Positions 1 to 11,986 of a DNA stretch of 64,000 nucleotides are shown here, in pieces; positions within the stretch are counted from its first letter, which is position 1; each line of letters starts with the position of its first letter. Position numbers and translations under genes: made by a program. The notes below the pieces were generated by a model. The model searched no databases. It was not told where the DNA came from and worked only from the letters and a program-made list of their open reading frames with translations. Source of the DNA: Botryllus schlosseri (taxonomy: Eukaryota); NCBI GenBank assembly GCA_051294905.1, contig CM119378.1:12524001-12588000 (forward strand). Reading direction: 5' to 3'.

Positions 1-323
1 TTTTGTAATTGATGGCGATTCCATACAGATAAGCAATAATGTCATTATAATTTATATGAAGCAATATTCAGATCTACGCGCGTTCAGTGGTCTGACCCAT
101 GAAACACTTTCGATTTCAACCTTTTCTATTTACAATTTGCCGACTAGACAGCTCGCGTGGGATCAGTATCTAGCTTATTGGTCATTTTTAGGAAAATCAG
201 CCCAGGCGATGGTGTCATCTTCATGTAGGTACAATGTAAATAACCTATTACATTTTGCTACAGGTACTTATCAAGAAGTCACGGTTACTGCTTCTACACC
301 AAAGATAAAGGAACAAACATCAG
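1..323 (+). CDS. Possible upstream (ectodomain) exon(s) of the membrane-protein gene at 2109-8791
   Basis: The frame is open from the window start (FVIDGDSIQISNNVIIIYMKQYSDL...) through ORF 56-337. A candidate exon 264-323 (TYQEVTVTASTPKIKEQTS) has tttgctacag/gtcagt boundaries, phase 1-1. No recognisable domain. Confidence 0.3.
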
Positions 324-1044
324 GTCAGTTTCTATAAGGAAATCTCGTCGTTCTGGATAATATGGTATGCAACCACGGGTGAGCCCCTTCACAGTCATGT
401 GAGACTCATATAAGGGGGTGTGGACATTGTCAGTGAACTATAACTATAGATACATGTTCTTGGGTACGGAAAGATTTATATTTTGTTGAAAGTAGCATAT
501 CGATTGGAAATACGTCAGTTGCCACGTTGTACTTGAATTACGTATTTTAACCTAAATTAACTGCAGCTGCAGACTACCATAGTGAAGAACGATATGTGAT
601 GACTGATATGTATTCGCGATTTACCTAAATGAGCGGATATATGACGTACATCCGCGTGTCTACAAAGAAAGAGAACAACTTTCGAGATTATCAGTGATAT
701 TTCGATCATATGCAATGCGTGGTAATCTATCACAATGTAACTAACGATGTATTGAATCAAGACCGTTTGTTGTGTCATCTTCAAATGATGGATTGTGACC
801 ACCGAGACAATCTCGTGGGTGTTAAATAATCCAGTCACTTTATGCACCCTTTAAATTGCAAGCATAGAGTGCATATTAGATCAAACCCGAGATAGGGCCA
901 TGTATATCTATAATTTGATTACCACTAAGAGCTACACCCGTACCATCAATGGAAAGATATTTGTAAATCGCAGCGGTTGTGTAATTTTGGTTGATTCAAC
1001 TATATAAGGGAAATCGCCGCGTTCGAAGAACTGCCATTCTAGTA

Positions 1045-1917
1045 CAGGGGTGTCAAACTCAACTTGCGTCGCGGGCAGGATTCAAACCTTCCGAGTACTC
1101 GCGGGCCGGACCAGTCAAATGATTCCAAAATGTTACTTGAAAATCCCTGACCGTGTTTGTCACGTGAATACTCAACAGTTTGAAGCTTATATGCGAAATA
1201 ATAAGTATGTATGGTATGTCACGGACCATATGGTTCTATTCTATCAACACCTTTATTCGTAAACAATGGATTTGACAAAATTACGATGATTGGCCAGTTG
1301 AATAGTTTGATAAACTGATAAAACAGCTACTTTACTGACGATATGCGTTGGGGCATAATGATATGATTGCTTTTTTTTCGTCGTAATCTGTCACCTGTGT
1401 AGGCCTATGCATTGTGAGAGATACAAGCGATTTAACCGTGAACGCAGACGTTGAACTTTGATTCAATATTATGGTATCGCAATTTGGGTTTCTCTGAAGG
1501 CCGAGGAGCTGTTGACTCATGAGCGAACAAGGAATGCGACCACAGCAGATATTTAAATTATATTTTTGAGTCATAATTATGTTCTCCATGTATGTATAGA
1601 CCGGTATCTGACTGACGTTTTCACTTCACTTCTTTGAACTCACTGTGCACTTATTTTGCCTTCTCTGAATTTGGCATCAATTGCTGCGACTTGCTCCTAA
1701 TGGTGACTAGAGTGATACCACAACATCGCTTTCGGGTGGTTATAATGTAGCCTATATGAACACACTCGACATCTTCTGTCTTCAGGGATTGTTTAATGAA
1801 AGTATTTCGTACTAAAAATCTCAACATTTGTTAGTAATGTGTTGGATAATACAGGCATTTTTCAAAATCGCATCGCGGGCCGGATGCGGCCCGCGGACCG
1901 TGTGTTTGACACCCCTG
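1045..1917. mobile_element. Non-autonomous hAT (Buster/Charlie-type) element, 873 bp
   Basis: TIRs CAGGGGTGTCAAAC / GTTTGACACCCCTG, subterminal GCGGGCCG/CGGCCCGC motifs, exact 8-bp TSD TTCTAGTA (1037-1044 and 1918-1925). Confidence 0.93.
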
Positions 1918-2108
1918 TTCTAGTAGATCTAGAAGTTATGATTTGGAATTATATGGATGTATACAAATCTAAACCACCCTATAATCCTTCATGAGTGTCG
2001 ATCTTTTGGCATATATATTCGAATCCGTTACCGATACCGTTAAAATAGCCATCTGTGTATGGTCTTACGATCCAGGTATAGAATTAACAGCGCCGTTTTG
2101 CATTCTAG

Positions 2109-5100
2109 TCTCTTTCTACGATGAAGGATCTCCATCTACAGCCAACGATACTACACTCTTATTGGGACGCACATCAGAAACACCGAATATCTGGTACATA
2201 TCCATACTTTGCTGCTTATGGTTCTTTCGTCATTAAATATTTACTTGGGTCCATGAAAAACCACGCCAAAAACTCGGAGCCAAGTAGTAAAGCGTGAGAA
2301 TCGATGATGACGAAGTTATCCAAATTCATGGCTAGCGGTAGAGACGACGGTGCCGCATTACACATACCTATTCACGAACCAAAGTATTGTTACGTGTTGG
2401 CTATCTATTAATAGAGTCTCTGCGTAATAGATCCTTGCGTTGTCAGTTTTCGTGCATATATAACGATAACGCATTTGGAAATTTCAGGTATCCATACGTG
2501 ATAGCGGCCGCCATCGTGATACTTTTTATCGTTTCCGTGACTCTCTTCGTTATCAAAAGAAAGAAACAAAAATCGCGAAATCCCAACGAAAACCAGTCCG
2601 CACCGATTGCTTATTACGGGAATTTCGAAGAAGAAGGAATACAACGCGTAAGGAATTCCTAGACATCCGCTTATATTTTGTAAAATGGAAATGCATAAGG
2701 GTCAATTAGAAAAATAGGAACGACATCCTTACCAGAAATACATTGTGTGTGAATTCAGCAACAGCCTGTCAGAGTTTACCCGTAAAACTTGTTCTCGGTA
2801 ATATCAAGTGTCAAGACACCATCATTTCATTATGACGCTGTAATTTAAGATGGGCAATAAGAATGAGCATGTTGGTGAATTGAAGACCTACATTTCATCC
2901 CCTATTTCAGAGAGGTGTTGGACCCCACCTGACACACATAGGTCAATCTGCAATTACAAACATGCATTGAGTAAAATTATAAACCACAACTATAGTGCGG
3001 CGGTGATGACGTAACACGATCCGGTCCTGGTGCGGCCTGACTATATGTGTCAACATTTTCCTGGGCGGCATCAACAATTCAACGTCATGACAGACTTTAG
3101 AGTTAGACGGTATGCTGCAGCCGATATTTCTGCGCTTGACTTGCATCATGGTCGCAGAGTCGAGGTGTAATCGTAATAGCACTCCCACCGGAATGAATCA
3201 GGTTTTCTGTCAGATATTCAGATCCGAGAGTTGGCCTGTGATATAGTATTCCAAGAATATAATTGTCATGAATAATAATCTAGTCTAGATTAAATAGTAT
3301 AAAATTGTGTACTCGATGAGATGATGATTGTGCACTGTGAAGTAGAAGTACACTCACCCAATCATTGCGGCCCGGAGTCCTGATTAATACATAAACCGCA
3401 TCTCCAGCAGCACTTTCACAATGCATTTAGGCATATGGTTAAGAATCAATAATCATTAATCAATAATCGTCAGATTATATTTTCATCTGAACAAGACACA
3501 CACAATGTAAAATGCGATGAGACACAATGCGATGTAATGAACAGATAGGAGAATGCCGAACGACCAGTTGCGGTTGCAGTTGCGGTCTCTTAGAATGGTA
3601 TACCCAATGTCACAGTTCCTTTGTCCATGTTAGTTTTTATTCTGCGGCTCTTTTATCGGGTATTTTTATGTGTTTTTTTGTCGCCATAAGAACAGCGAGC
3701 TGGAAAGAGGAACCCGGAAGAACCTCCGACGCGGAATCGAACCCGTACCTACTAGGTGTACTTCCATGTCATGTGGTCGTCCGTGCACCACCTCGCGTAT
3801 TTAGGTTAATCAAGAGCGGGGTAGGGAGGGCGATTAACATTTGAGTCGATACCAATTTCGTAATATGGTCAGGGTCACGTCCAATATATTACCAAACATT
3901 TTTTACCTCGTCAGGCAAGAGAAAACACGTATACGGAGATCCCATATTTCACCAAGTCTTCAACTGATTATGAACGACCTTCTTGTTCAGGTATGTAGTA
4001 GGCTTCATCACAGGAGATGAATACATGAACTGATCCTTACTTTCTAGATACAAAACTACAATAATGTCGCATTTCCAGGTACACGTACATCGGATGAAAG
4101 TGGTGCCGAATCTTCAAACACCTACAGTAATGTTTACGGAAATTTTTCAGAGGGGCAAATGGACGAATGTAAGAATTTCTTTTCATTTCAAGCGTTATGT
4201 GTCATAATTTATCTAATTCACATCTCGTGAACCATTGCAATGTACATATACCAGGGATTCTCAATATTTTTTTCTGTGGTCCACCTCTTATCCTATAAAG
4301 CTATAGTCATGTTTGATGAGTGGTGATGGCATGCTGGGACCGATATGATCATTTCTCTAAAATATGCGCATTTTCTCCTACTAATCATATTTAATCTAGA
4401 CCTCTAGGGAGATGAAATTGCTCCAATCGCGACGGAAATTTTCAAGTTCAATGAATCCCCTCCAACAAACAACCAACAAAATAATTTTGGGCCCCTTCGA
4501 GATCCCCTCAATTGGGGGCTTGGGGTGCGGCGGTTACGGTCCTGGTAGATCGTATGTAACTCTTGTGTGCATTATGGCCGCCCGCTGTTCCACTTACGTA
4601 GCGACATCCAATGATGTGATCCCCGCATCCACCGTGCGATTGGGGTTTTAGTTCCACTACGGTGGGGAATAATAATACCATTCTGGGCCAGCTTCAAACA
4701 ATTCTTCGGTGAATGGGATACTTATAATACAGAGAAGTGGAGAACGAATGTTTTAATAAGCAAGCTGTACACGTGCAGTGTACACTGTACAATGTAGGCT
4801 ACGCAGTATGTCTTGTACCTACTGAAGTTTCGATGTCAGAACATAATCCAATGATACAATCAATTCATGTGACTCTTACATTATGTACCTACAATGATTT
4901 CAAGGCTGGGCTATCTTGAACGGATGAGAATGATAGAACCACTGATTACGATATACCGGAGGTATAAACAGTTTTGAATATTGCGATTTTCAGATATAGC
5001 TTCGAATACCTTTCCAAGTACATACGAACCAGCAACCGACCCCGTCACAAGCATTGCGGAGGGCTCTACAGTTAATACTACATACGAAATTCCCACGGAA

Positions 5101-8100
5101 CTAGAACAAGTGCCTCGAACAATATCGACAGGTAGCCTGTAACTACGGTTTTATGTCTAGTTTAGTATCATAGAAATCTAGCGCTATACTCTGGTTTAAG
5201 ATCCGGAAGATCAGAACATAGAAGAAGCTAACAAGAATAGCACTCAAGAAAATTATGACTACGACGTGTACAGAGGGCCAGTGGAAATGCCGGAACTAAC
5301 CGACCAAACAAACGCCGAATACAAGACAATATCTCAGAAAGCTGAACGCTTATCAAATCGCCCGCCTTTGATTAAAAACATATCATCTTTAGGTAATGAC
5401 GCAATCCGCCAAGGTTACAAAATTCGGTGAATATGGACGTCACGCCCTAGCATGTTGAAGCTGACATAACCTCATCACAACCGTGTCTCTCACATCCAGC
5501 TAAGCTATTGCCTCTATTTTCAGATTCAGCGATTGAAGATGATGCACCTTCTCCGATGATATGCATCAGTCCCAAGCTCATTGATAATGTATTTGATTAC
5601 AATGCAAGTGCGTTTTCGCCGCCAACGGATATTAAAATACTGACATCAATAGTCCCTTTCAAATTAGGGTTGCATTTAAAACAAATGGTTGTTTAGGACA
5701 TTTTGTTTGAAACATGTTTTAAATCATGTTTTAAACAAAGGCCTTTTAAAAAAAGTATGTGTTTTTCAAGATGTATAAATATGCCATAGTAATTGTGTAA
5801 ATACTTTCCAAAAAACATGTTGTATGAGCCTACGGATGACTACCATCCTATATACCCGACGTATACGATATGGGACGATATGGAAACCTCAAAATAATCG
5901 GTTCAACAGGTATAGTACTTGTACATTTCGTCAAAGGAGCTATATTTACCCTATATTTTCAATTGTGAATGTCAATCCACTATGACGTCACAATTTAATA
6001 TTCGTGACGTCATGGCTTAAAAAACATGTTTTAAACAAGGGTCTTGTTTCAAACAGGTTTGTTTTAAATTGATTTTTATTTTAACTGCAACCCCATTTCA
6101 AGGTGTTGACGGTTTATACGCGTCATTGATTCCCGGGCCTCCAGAGATGGCCTAAATCGGGGGTCGGCGATCCTGGGCACGCGTGCCATTTGTGGCACGC
6201 CAGATGATTTTTCATATACCAAATGATTTTACGCAAACGAAATATTATAACCATTTTTTAGCAAAAAGTGAATCAGAAGGTTTTAAAATGCACAAAGCTC
6301 GTAGGCGACTCAATCTTATTTCGTAAATCAATATAAAATAGAGTCTTTGGGGGCCTATTTTATTTATCTAGAATTTCCGCGATTCGTGCAATTTAGTGGA
6401 ACCTGATTTCTTGGTTATAATGTGGGAACCCCCAGAAATTATATGCGTAATGTACAGAAATAAGTCCAACCTCATTGGTAATTATGAACTTAATATCGCA
6501 TGAAACCGTTTGGATGCTTTAGTGTAGTAGCGTGCACTATGCGAATATTATATGAATCGGCATTTCGGGGCTGGTCTGGTCATTTTCACGCTATACAAGA
6601 CACGACCTTCTGGCAACATGCGACCATGCTACTCCGTGCGGTGTCTACGCTTGCAAAATGATTCGGGGCGATAAAACCTTGAGATATAATAACGGCCGCA
6701 TGTTGGCCAAAACGCTCGACAATGAAACGTCCACTGTCCGAAATGACCAGCGCCGAATACTCCAGCGCTCGCAGCTTGAGCCTTCCGTATCAAATAAGAC
6801 CCGCCGAGGAAAACAGTGAGCCCCTGCGTTGAAATGAGAATTTGGGATCGCGCTCGTCTCACGAAAGGAGATATTCTTTAGTTTCGTCTGGTACGTGTAA
6901 GCGAAATTTGGAGCGACGGCCTGGGGTTACATTTAAAACAAAAATCAATTTAAAACAAACATGTTTAAAACTAGGCCGTAATATATAACGTGTTTTTTAT
7001 TGTTTTGTTTTTGTTTTTCAATTGTGACGTCATAGTCGAGTGGCATTGACAATTGAAAATATAGGGTAAACATAGCTCCTTTGACGAAATATATGTACTA
7101 TTAATGTTGAACTATAGATAACTAACCTACGGATAGATACCCAACACCCGTCGTCACGCTTGCTTGCTCGGAGGAAAATACTGCTCAGCAATCTGAACTC
7201 AACGTAATTGCCAATCCCACAGCTGACGAACCGAGCGCTCAAATTAAATAAAGTTTATCTTATTAGAAAGCTACTGTCGCACTGATTCCGAAAATATACA
7301 TTAAACTTTCATCAAGGCAAAAGAACCAGCCCGAAATAGCGTTCAAAGTCTGAAAATCGGCATTGTTCCAGACAATCGCATCGACGCACCACAATGACCA
7401 TAACAATAACCCTTGCGTGTCTTCGATTGTTCAGAACAATGCCAATTTTCAGACTTTGAGGTGTATTTCGAGGCGGTTCCATTGCCCCGATCGGATTTTA
7501 ATGTATATTTTCGGAATCAGTGCGACAGTAGCGTTCAAATATGATCAACTTTAATCAATTTGAGCGCTCGGGTCGTCAGCTATGGGATTGGCAATTACGT
7601 TGCGTTCAGATTGCTGAGCGGTATTTTCCTCCGAGCAAGCAAGCGTGACGACCGTTGTTGGGTATCTATCCGTAGGTTAGTTATCAATAGTTGAACCGAC
7701 TATTTTGAGGGTTCCAACCATCCCATATCGATATAGCCTACGTCGGCTATATCGGGTGGTAATTGTCCGTAGGCTCATACAACATGTTTTTTGGAAAGTA
7801 TTTGCTCAATTATGGCATAATTTTACAACTTGAAAATTTTTTTTTAAAGGCCTTTGTTTAAACAATGTTTAAAACATGTTTTAAACAAAGTGTTTTAAAA
7901 CACCGTTTGTTTTAAATGCAACCCTACCTTTACCGCTTTACCGCGACCTATATGGCTGACAAATCCAGTGTCCGACCAACCTGAATATCACATCAAACCG
8001 ACTTGTATGACACACTGATACTGGATGGGCACATTTTTCAGCATTAGGCCATATCATCATAACAACATCGATTTACATGCCACCGATTAGACATGGTAGC

Positions 8101-8791
8101 GAACACAGTTGGCTTGGAAACGAACAAAGCAACCACAGAAGATCGATCTATCGCGACTAAAAATAAATGATGAAAATATTACGGACATTTAAGCGATATG
8201 TCTATTGTGATAGCGACCAATAATTTAAGAATCACTGGCGTGACCGATACCGCTGACAGCTGCAGATAAGCGGTTGGTGTGATACCTTGCTTGAAATACT
8301 TAATATGACAAAATTAAAAATGTTTGACACTCTAATTGGTATTAATTTTGCATTTTTGAACATTTTGGCACGCTGCATACAAAAGATTGCCGACCCCTGG
8401 CCTAAGTTCATGCAGTATTGATATTCCTTCCCATTATCTATGGGAGATTTGCATTCAAAAGCCTTTGTCTACCTCTATAGAAAGCCAAGAAAACGCATAC
8501 GCCATGCCAACTTCTCCAGTGTTCCCACTGGACGTACGCAGTAAAAGTGAAAAGGATCTTCAGACCGACAGCGGCTATATCAGCAGAGAAGCCAGCCTCG
8601 AACGACCGAACGAATATTGCGCCATGGACGATATTCCAGGGACGAGTAAAAATCCAGAGAAAACTGTGACCTTATCGAGAACATACACAACGATGCATCG
8701 GGTAAATGCCCCGTTATCCCGAAAAGAAATGAGAAGGCAGTATAAAACACAAGGGGGCAAACGAAGAAACGCCCGTAGATTAGATGAATGA
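2109..8791 (+). CDS. Type-I single-pass membrane protein with long Tyr-rich, low-complexity cytoplasmic tail (3' part of gene)
   Basis: Candidate exons 2109-2193 and 2488-2647 (TM YPYVIAAAIVILFIVSVTLFVI followed by basic KRKKQK). Then 4048-4168, 4994-5131, 5201-5392, 5524-5607, optional 7969-8004, and 8481-8791 (stop). All have AG/GT ends. Phases chain as 1-2, 2-0, 0-1, then 1-1 to the stop. More exons may lie between 2648 and 4047. Confidence 0.7.
3690..3797 (-). mobile_element. tRNA-derived SINE-like head (degenerate)
   Basis: Minus strand shows A-box-like AGGTGGTGCACGG and B-box GGTTCGATTCC at tRNA-like spacing, but I could not fold a full cloverleaf. Similar B-box remnants near 18840 and 36860. 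Confidence 0.45.
5665..7926. mobile_element. Foldback-type element with ~430-bp inverted arms, TA-flanked, in an intron
   Basis: Left arm 5665-6094 is the reverse complement of right arm 6923-7926 once the 7113-7689 insert is removed. Ends TAGGGTTGCATTTAAAACAAA / TTTGTTTTAAATGCAACCCTA. Each arm also ends internally in a TIR-like copy (TGCAACCCC, GGGGTTACA). Confidence 0.8.
7113..7689. mobile_element. Long-TIR (Mutator-like) MITE nested in the foldback arm
   Basis: ~140-bp inverted arms (7113-7255 vs 7548-7689) around a ~290-bp core. GTTGAAC, single in the left foldback arm, is duplicated at 7106-7112 and 7690-7696. Confidence 0.75.
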
Positions 8792-9521
8792 TTGCATTTT
8801 TGTTGTAACGCAGACCTATACATCAAATGCATTTTGGTTGTTTGCTCTCCTCGAACGTGGAGTATTTTCCGGTTATATTGACAGTTATATTTTCCAGTTA
8901 TACTGCCAAATGTCGAGCGGAAAGATAAGTTCCAGCAGGCCTAACGCACTATTGCAATAAATTCTTATTCTAGCCATCCTATATTATTTGTCGTCAAACA
9001 AAAGATCGACTTTTATAGAAACAATCAATTCAGATCTTGTCTAGTTTGAGATTCCGAGATGCAACATTTAGGATTCAAAATCAAGATTCAATGTTTTGTT
9101 GGAAGTCGGAAATCGGTAACATTTGTCAACCTGGCATGAACTGAACTGAACAAACACTCGTGATCATTTGACCGATTGACGTCATAGTCTACATTTAACT
9201 CTCTGAGACCCGACCCACTCGTATGAGTGGGTGATTGTCTTCCCGAAATATCCGCACCCACTCATATGAGTGGGCGATGGCCACATCACGATATGCCAGA
9301 TATGCCGGATTTCGGTATTTGTCTAAACGCAGGTATAGGCATTCTAATGTGACGGAAATCACTGACTATCGCATGCAAGACAACATGATGCAGTGCTTAA
9401 TCTGAAAGGCCGTAAAATCGTCAACGCAAGATCCTGTATTGCATATTATCTAATTTGCGTCGATTCAGGGAGTACTTTGATTTTCAACTTTCACTTTGGA
9501 GCGTGGGACAGCTTAACAACC

Positions 9522-10679
9522 ATGGCTAACAGCACTGACATGGAATATTTGGGCTATAATTATGATAATAATTCGGAAAGCGATGCTGTCGCCAATGGTG
9601 TTACTGTGGAGTCAGAAAACGCGGGAAATGAAGACAGCAGTTCCAGAGCGTATCTTTACTTTTTCCAAGCGATCAACATCGTAATGATTATTGCGATTAT
9701 GTGGGTACTTGCGAATATGATCATTTTCGGTAAAAGGACCCGGAAATGGAGATCGTCCACGGACAAAACAAAGGTCGACAGCGGAAATATATTCATGGTA
9801 TGCATAGTGGCGGTAGGCGCTACCATGCCGAGGCTAGTTTTCAGTCAGCTGCTCTTCCACGAAGAATTATTCCATTACTGTGAAGTCATAATGGACCTTG
9901 GCATCGCTGCGTATTCAATATCATTGTGGTTGGTGTACTTTTTCTTGTGGCTTCGCCACAGAGCCATATACGCACACCCAACGGTGAAACAAGTCATGGG
10001 GAAATACTCGAACTGTATCAGCTGGTTTTTACTGTCGGTTGTCACGGCTGCGTCGGTGGCCGTGACGGTTGGATTTGTGTATCCGGTCGAATTCACCAGT
10101 GAGAAGGATGGCTGTGTTTTACGCAAGAAAACGGTGAACAATACAGACTCTTTGACTTTCTGGGATCTAAACGCTTATTACATCCTCGGCGGGTTCCTAT
10201 TTGTTTCCCAGTTCAATTTCTTGCTGCTGTTCATATATCCTATGATCATCACGAGGAAAATCAGAAAAGAACAGCGAACGCCGGAATGCAACCACAATCA
10301 TAACGCCCACCCAAGGCGACATTTGGGGCGTATTGTTGCGGGATCGTGCGCACGGGTTTTCAAGAAAAGAGAAATAGACAGCATATCCGCGATTATCTAC
10401 CGCTCCATCGTGAGTTCTACCATCGCGGTCTCGACAGACTTGATTGTGGCCTTTCTCGTGGCTCTGGTGGTTCCGGGCACTGTTTCGAGGGCTATTACTG
10501 TGTCGCTATACGACATGAGCCTAGTCATCAACGTTCTTTGTATGCTGGCGACTTTTGGAAGCAACAGCAAAATTTTATTCACCGTCTGCAGACAAACAAT
10601 GTCTCGTTCGTCATCATCGAGCAGTTTGAATTCATTTCCAAAGTCTAACAATAGAACCGCAAGCACTGAGATGGTCTGA
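9522..10679 (+). CDS. Intronless orphan 7TM (GPCR-like) receptor, 385 aa
   Basis: First ATG in good context (ACAACCATGG) inside ORF 9393-10679. N-terminal N-glycosylation sequons (NST, NNS) and seven hydrophobic segments. Cys at top of TM3 (HYCEV) and in ECL2 (DGCVL). VYFFLWLRHRAIY at the DRY-equivalent position; Ser-rich C-tail. Confidence 0.88.
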   Translation: MANSTDMEYLGYNYDNNSESDAVANGVTVESENAGNEDSSSRAYLYFFQAINIVMIIAIMWVLANMIIFGKRTRKWRSSTDKTKVDSGNIFMVCIVAVGATMPRLVFSQLLFHEELFHYCEVIMDLGIAAYSISLWLVYFFLWLRHRAIYAHPTVKQVMGKYSNCISWFLLSVVTAASVAVTVGFVYPVEFTSEKDGCVLRKKTVNNTDSLTFWDLNAYYILGGFLFVSQFNFLLLFIYPMIITRKIRKEQRTPECNHNHNAHPRRHLGRIVAGSCARVFKKREIDSISAIIYRSIVSSTIAVSTDLIVAFLVALVVPGTVSRAITVSLYDMSLVINVLCMLATFGSNSKILFTVCRQTMSRSSSSSSLNSFPKSNNRTASTEMV

Positions 10680-11986
10680 CATTCTGGAACCTACGCCGTT
10701 GGATTGTATCCAATGCCCCGTTCGACTGTGGATTGACAGAAATCTCAAACGCCTTATTCCTCTGTGGCACTGAGACTACAATGTGGGTGCGGTGATGGCC
10801 TGACTTGCGCATTTGATGCATTTAAATTTATCTGTGTGCTGATCGACTTGGGATTGACAGAACGCTGAAATGCGTTATCGCCCTGTATCACCGTGACCGT
10901 GGCCGTGGGGATTGCCGTGCCGATTTTGGCTTCAATCGCTCGTATGTAAACGAGCGAAGCTGGTACCTTATCGCGTATAATGATTTGATATTTTGTATTA
11001 AATTTGTGAGGTAATATAAATTCATGTCGTATGTGTTTTTGCTGATCGATTGTTGTCTTGAATATCTCGGGCTGGGGCAGATTAGGAAGTGGTTGGCGCG
11101 AAGTTACAAGTCCCGCGAGACTGAGTGGTGTAACCAGGGCAAAGCGGAAATAACAACGAGAGATCGTTTCTCCGCATCCGCAATGTGCTCTTTGTAGGCA
11201 GACTGGGCATTTTAATTTTTTTACGCGTTACTCGCCATGCCACACAATTGATGGGTTTCTTTGTATCACAAATCCAAAAACAAACAACAGGGCAATAAAT
11301 CCCGCATATAGGATGGCTCCGTTTACAAGCCTCACACTCCAGACTAGTGGTTCACAGTGACGTTGTCATTAAGGGGTCCTTGAGCTTGAAATATTCCGTC
11401 GAAGAGTTCGTGACTAGTAAGTGGCCACTGATTGAACGCATATCTCTCAACACGAAAATGTATGATGGAAAAATTTCAGAGACTCCAAATTCACTCAATC
11501 AATGACTTTTTTATAATGAATCATGTTTCATAGAACTGTGAAGCGTACGTTTGGTTTTCTGCACCCTGTTTTTTCACACATGCCTGTACGAACGGAGCAT
11601 ACATGCATTAGAAATGGGTTTCCTGCTGCTAATAAAACTGAGATTTGATCGCGCTCTAAAAAGTTTGAGAGCCACTGGCCTTGGACATGTAAATAAGAGG
11701 CATGTAAATGTTCATTGGACAAAGAGTAACACAATACAACACAAAAAAGGACAAGCAGTGAAAAAGAAATGACTTGTGTCGGCAGGCGAAATCGATATGG
11801 GAGATCGTGATCCGAAAAGCTCAAGCTCAGACTATAGTTGCTATTATTTCCATATATTCATTTCCCATACGCACAAGGGCATAAACCACGATAGGCGCGA
11901 CTTCCGATCCAACATCAATAATAATACGAGTGACGTTTATAAGCGTTTACGCTTTGGTTATTTCGATGAAAAGCTATAGTAATCAG

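Noticed and set aside
540-1044. Open stretches (e.g. ASIECILDQTRDRAMYIY..., and a frame crossing the 1045-1917 MITE site) as ectodomain exons
   Set aside because: In-frame stops and no consistent splice chain; may be decayed exons but cannot be supported.
3700-3760. Possible exon EEPGRTSDAESNPYLL with an NPxY-like look
   Set aside because: It is the antisense of a tRNA-like SINE head (B-box GGTTCGATTCC).
3958-4963. Extra Tyr motifs DYERP (~3970) and DYDIP (~4945) for the receptor tail
   Set aside because: Their frames are not phase-compatible with the neighbouring exons, or have an in-frame stop just upstream; left out of the motif count.
9176-9275. Perfect CRE (TGACGTCA) and two ACCCACTCRTATGAGTGGG palindromes upstream of the 7TM gene as promoter elements
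   Set aside because: The palindromes follow TTAACTCTC, which looks like a transposon end with no partner found; an 8-mer CRE is expected by chance in 64 kb.
9393-9521. Longer 428-aa N-terminus of the 7TM ORF
   Set aside because: It starts at a GTG and adds no signal or conserved feature; the ATG at 9522 has a strong context.
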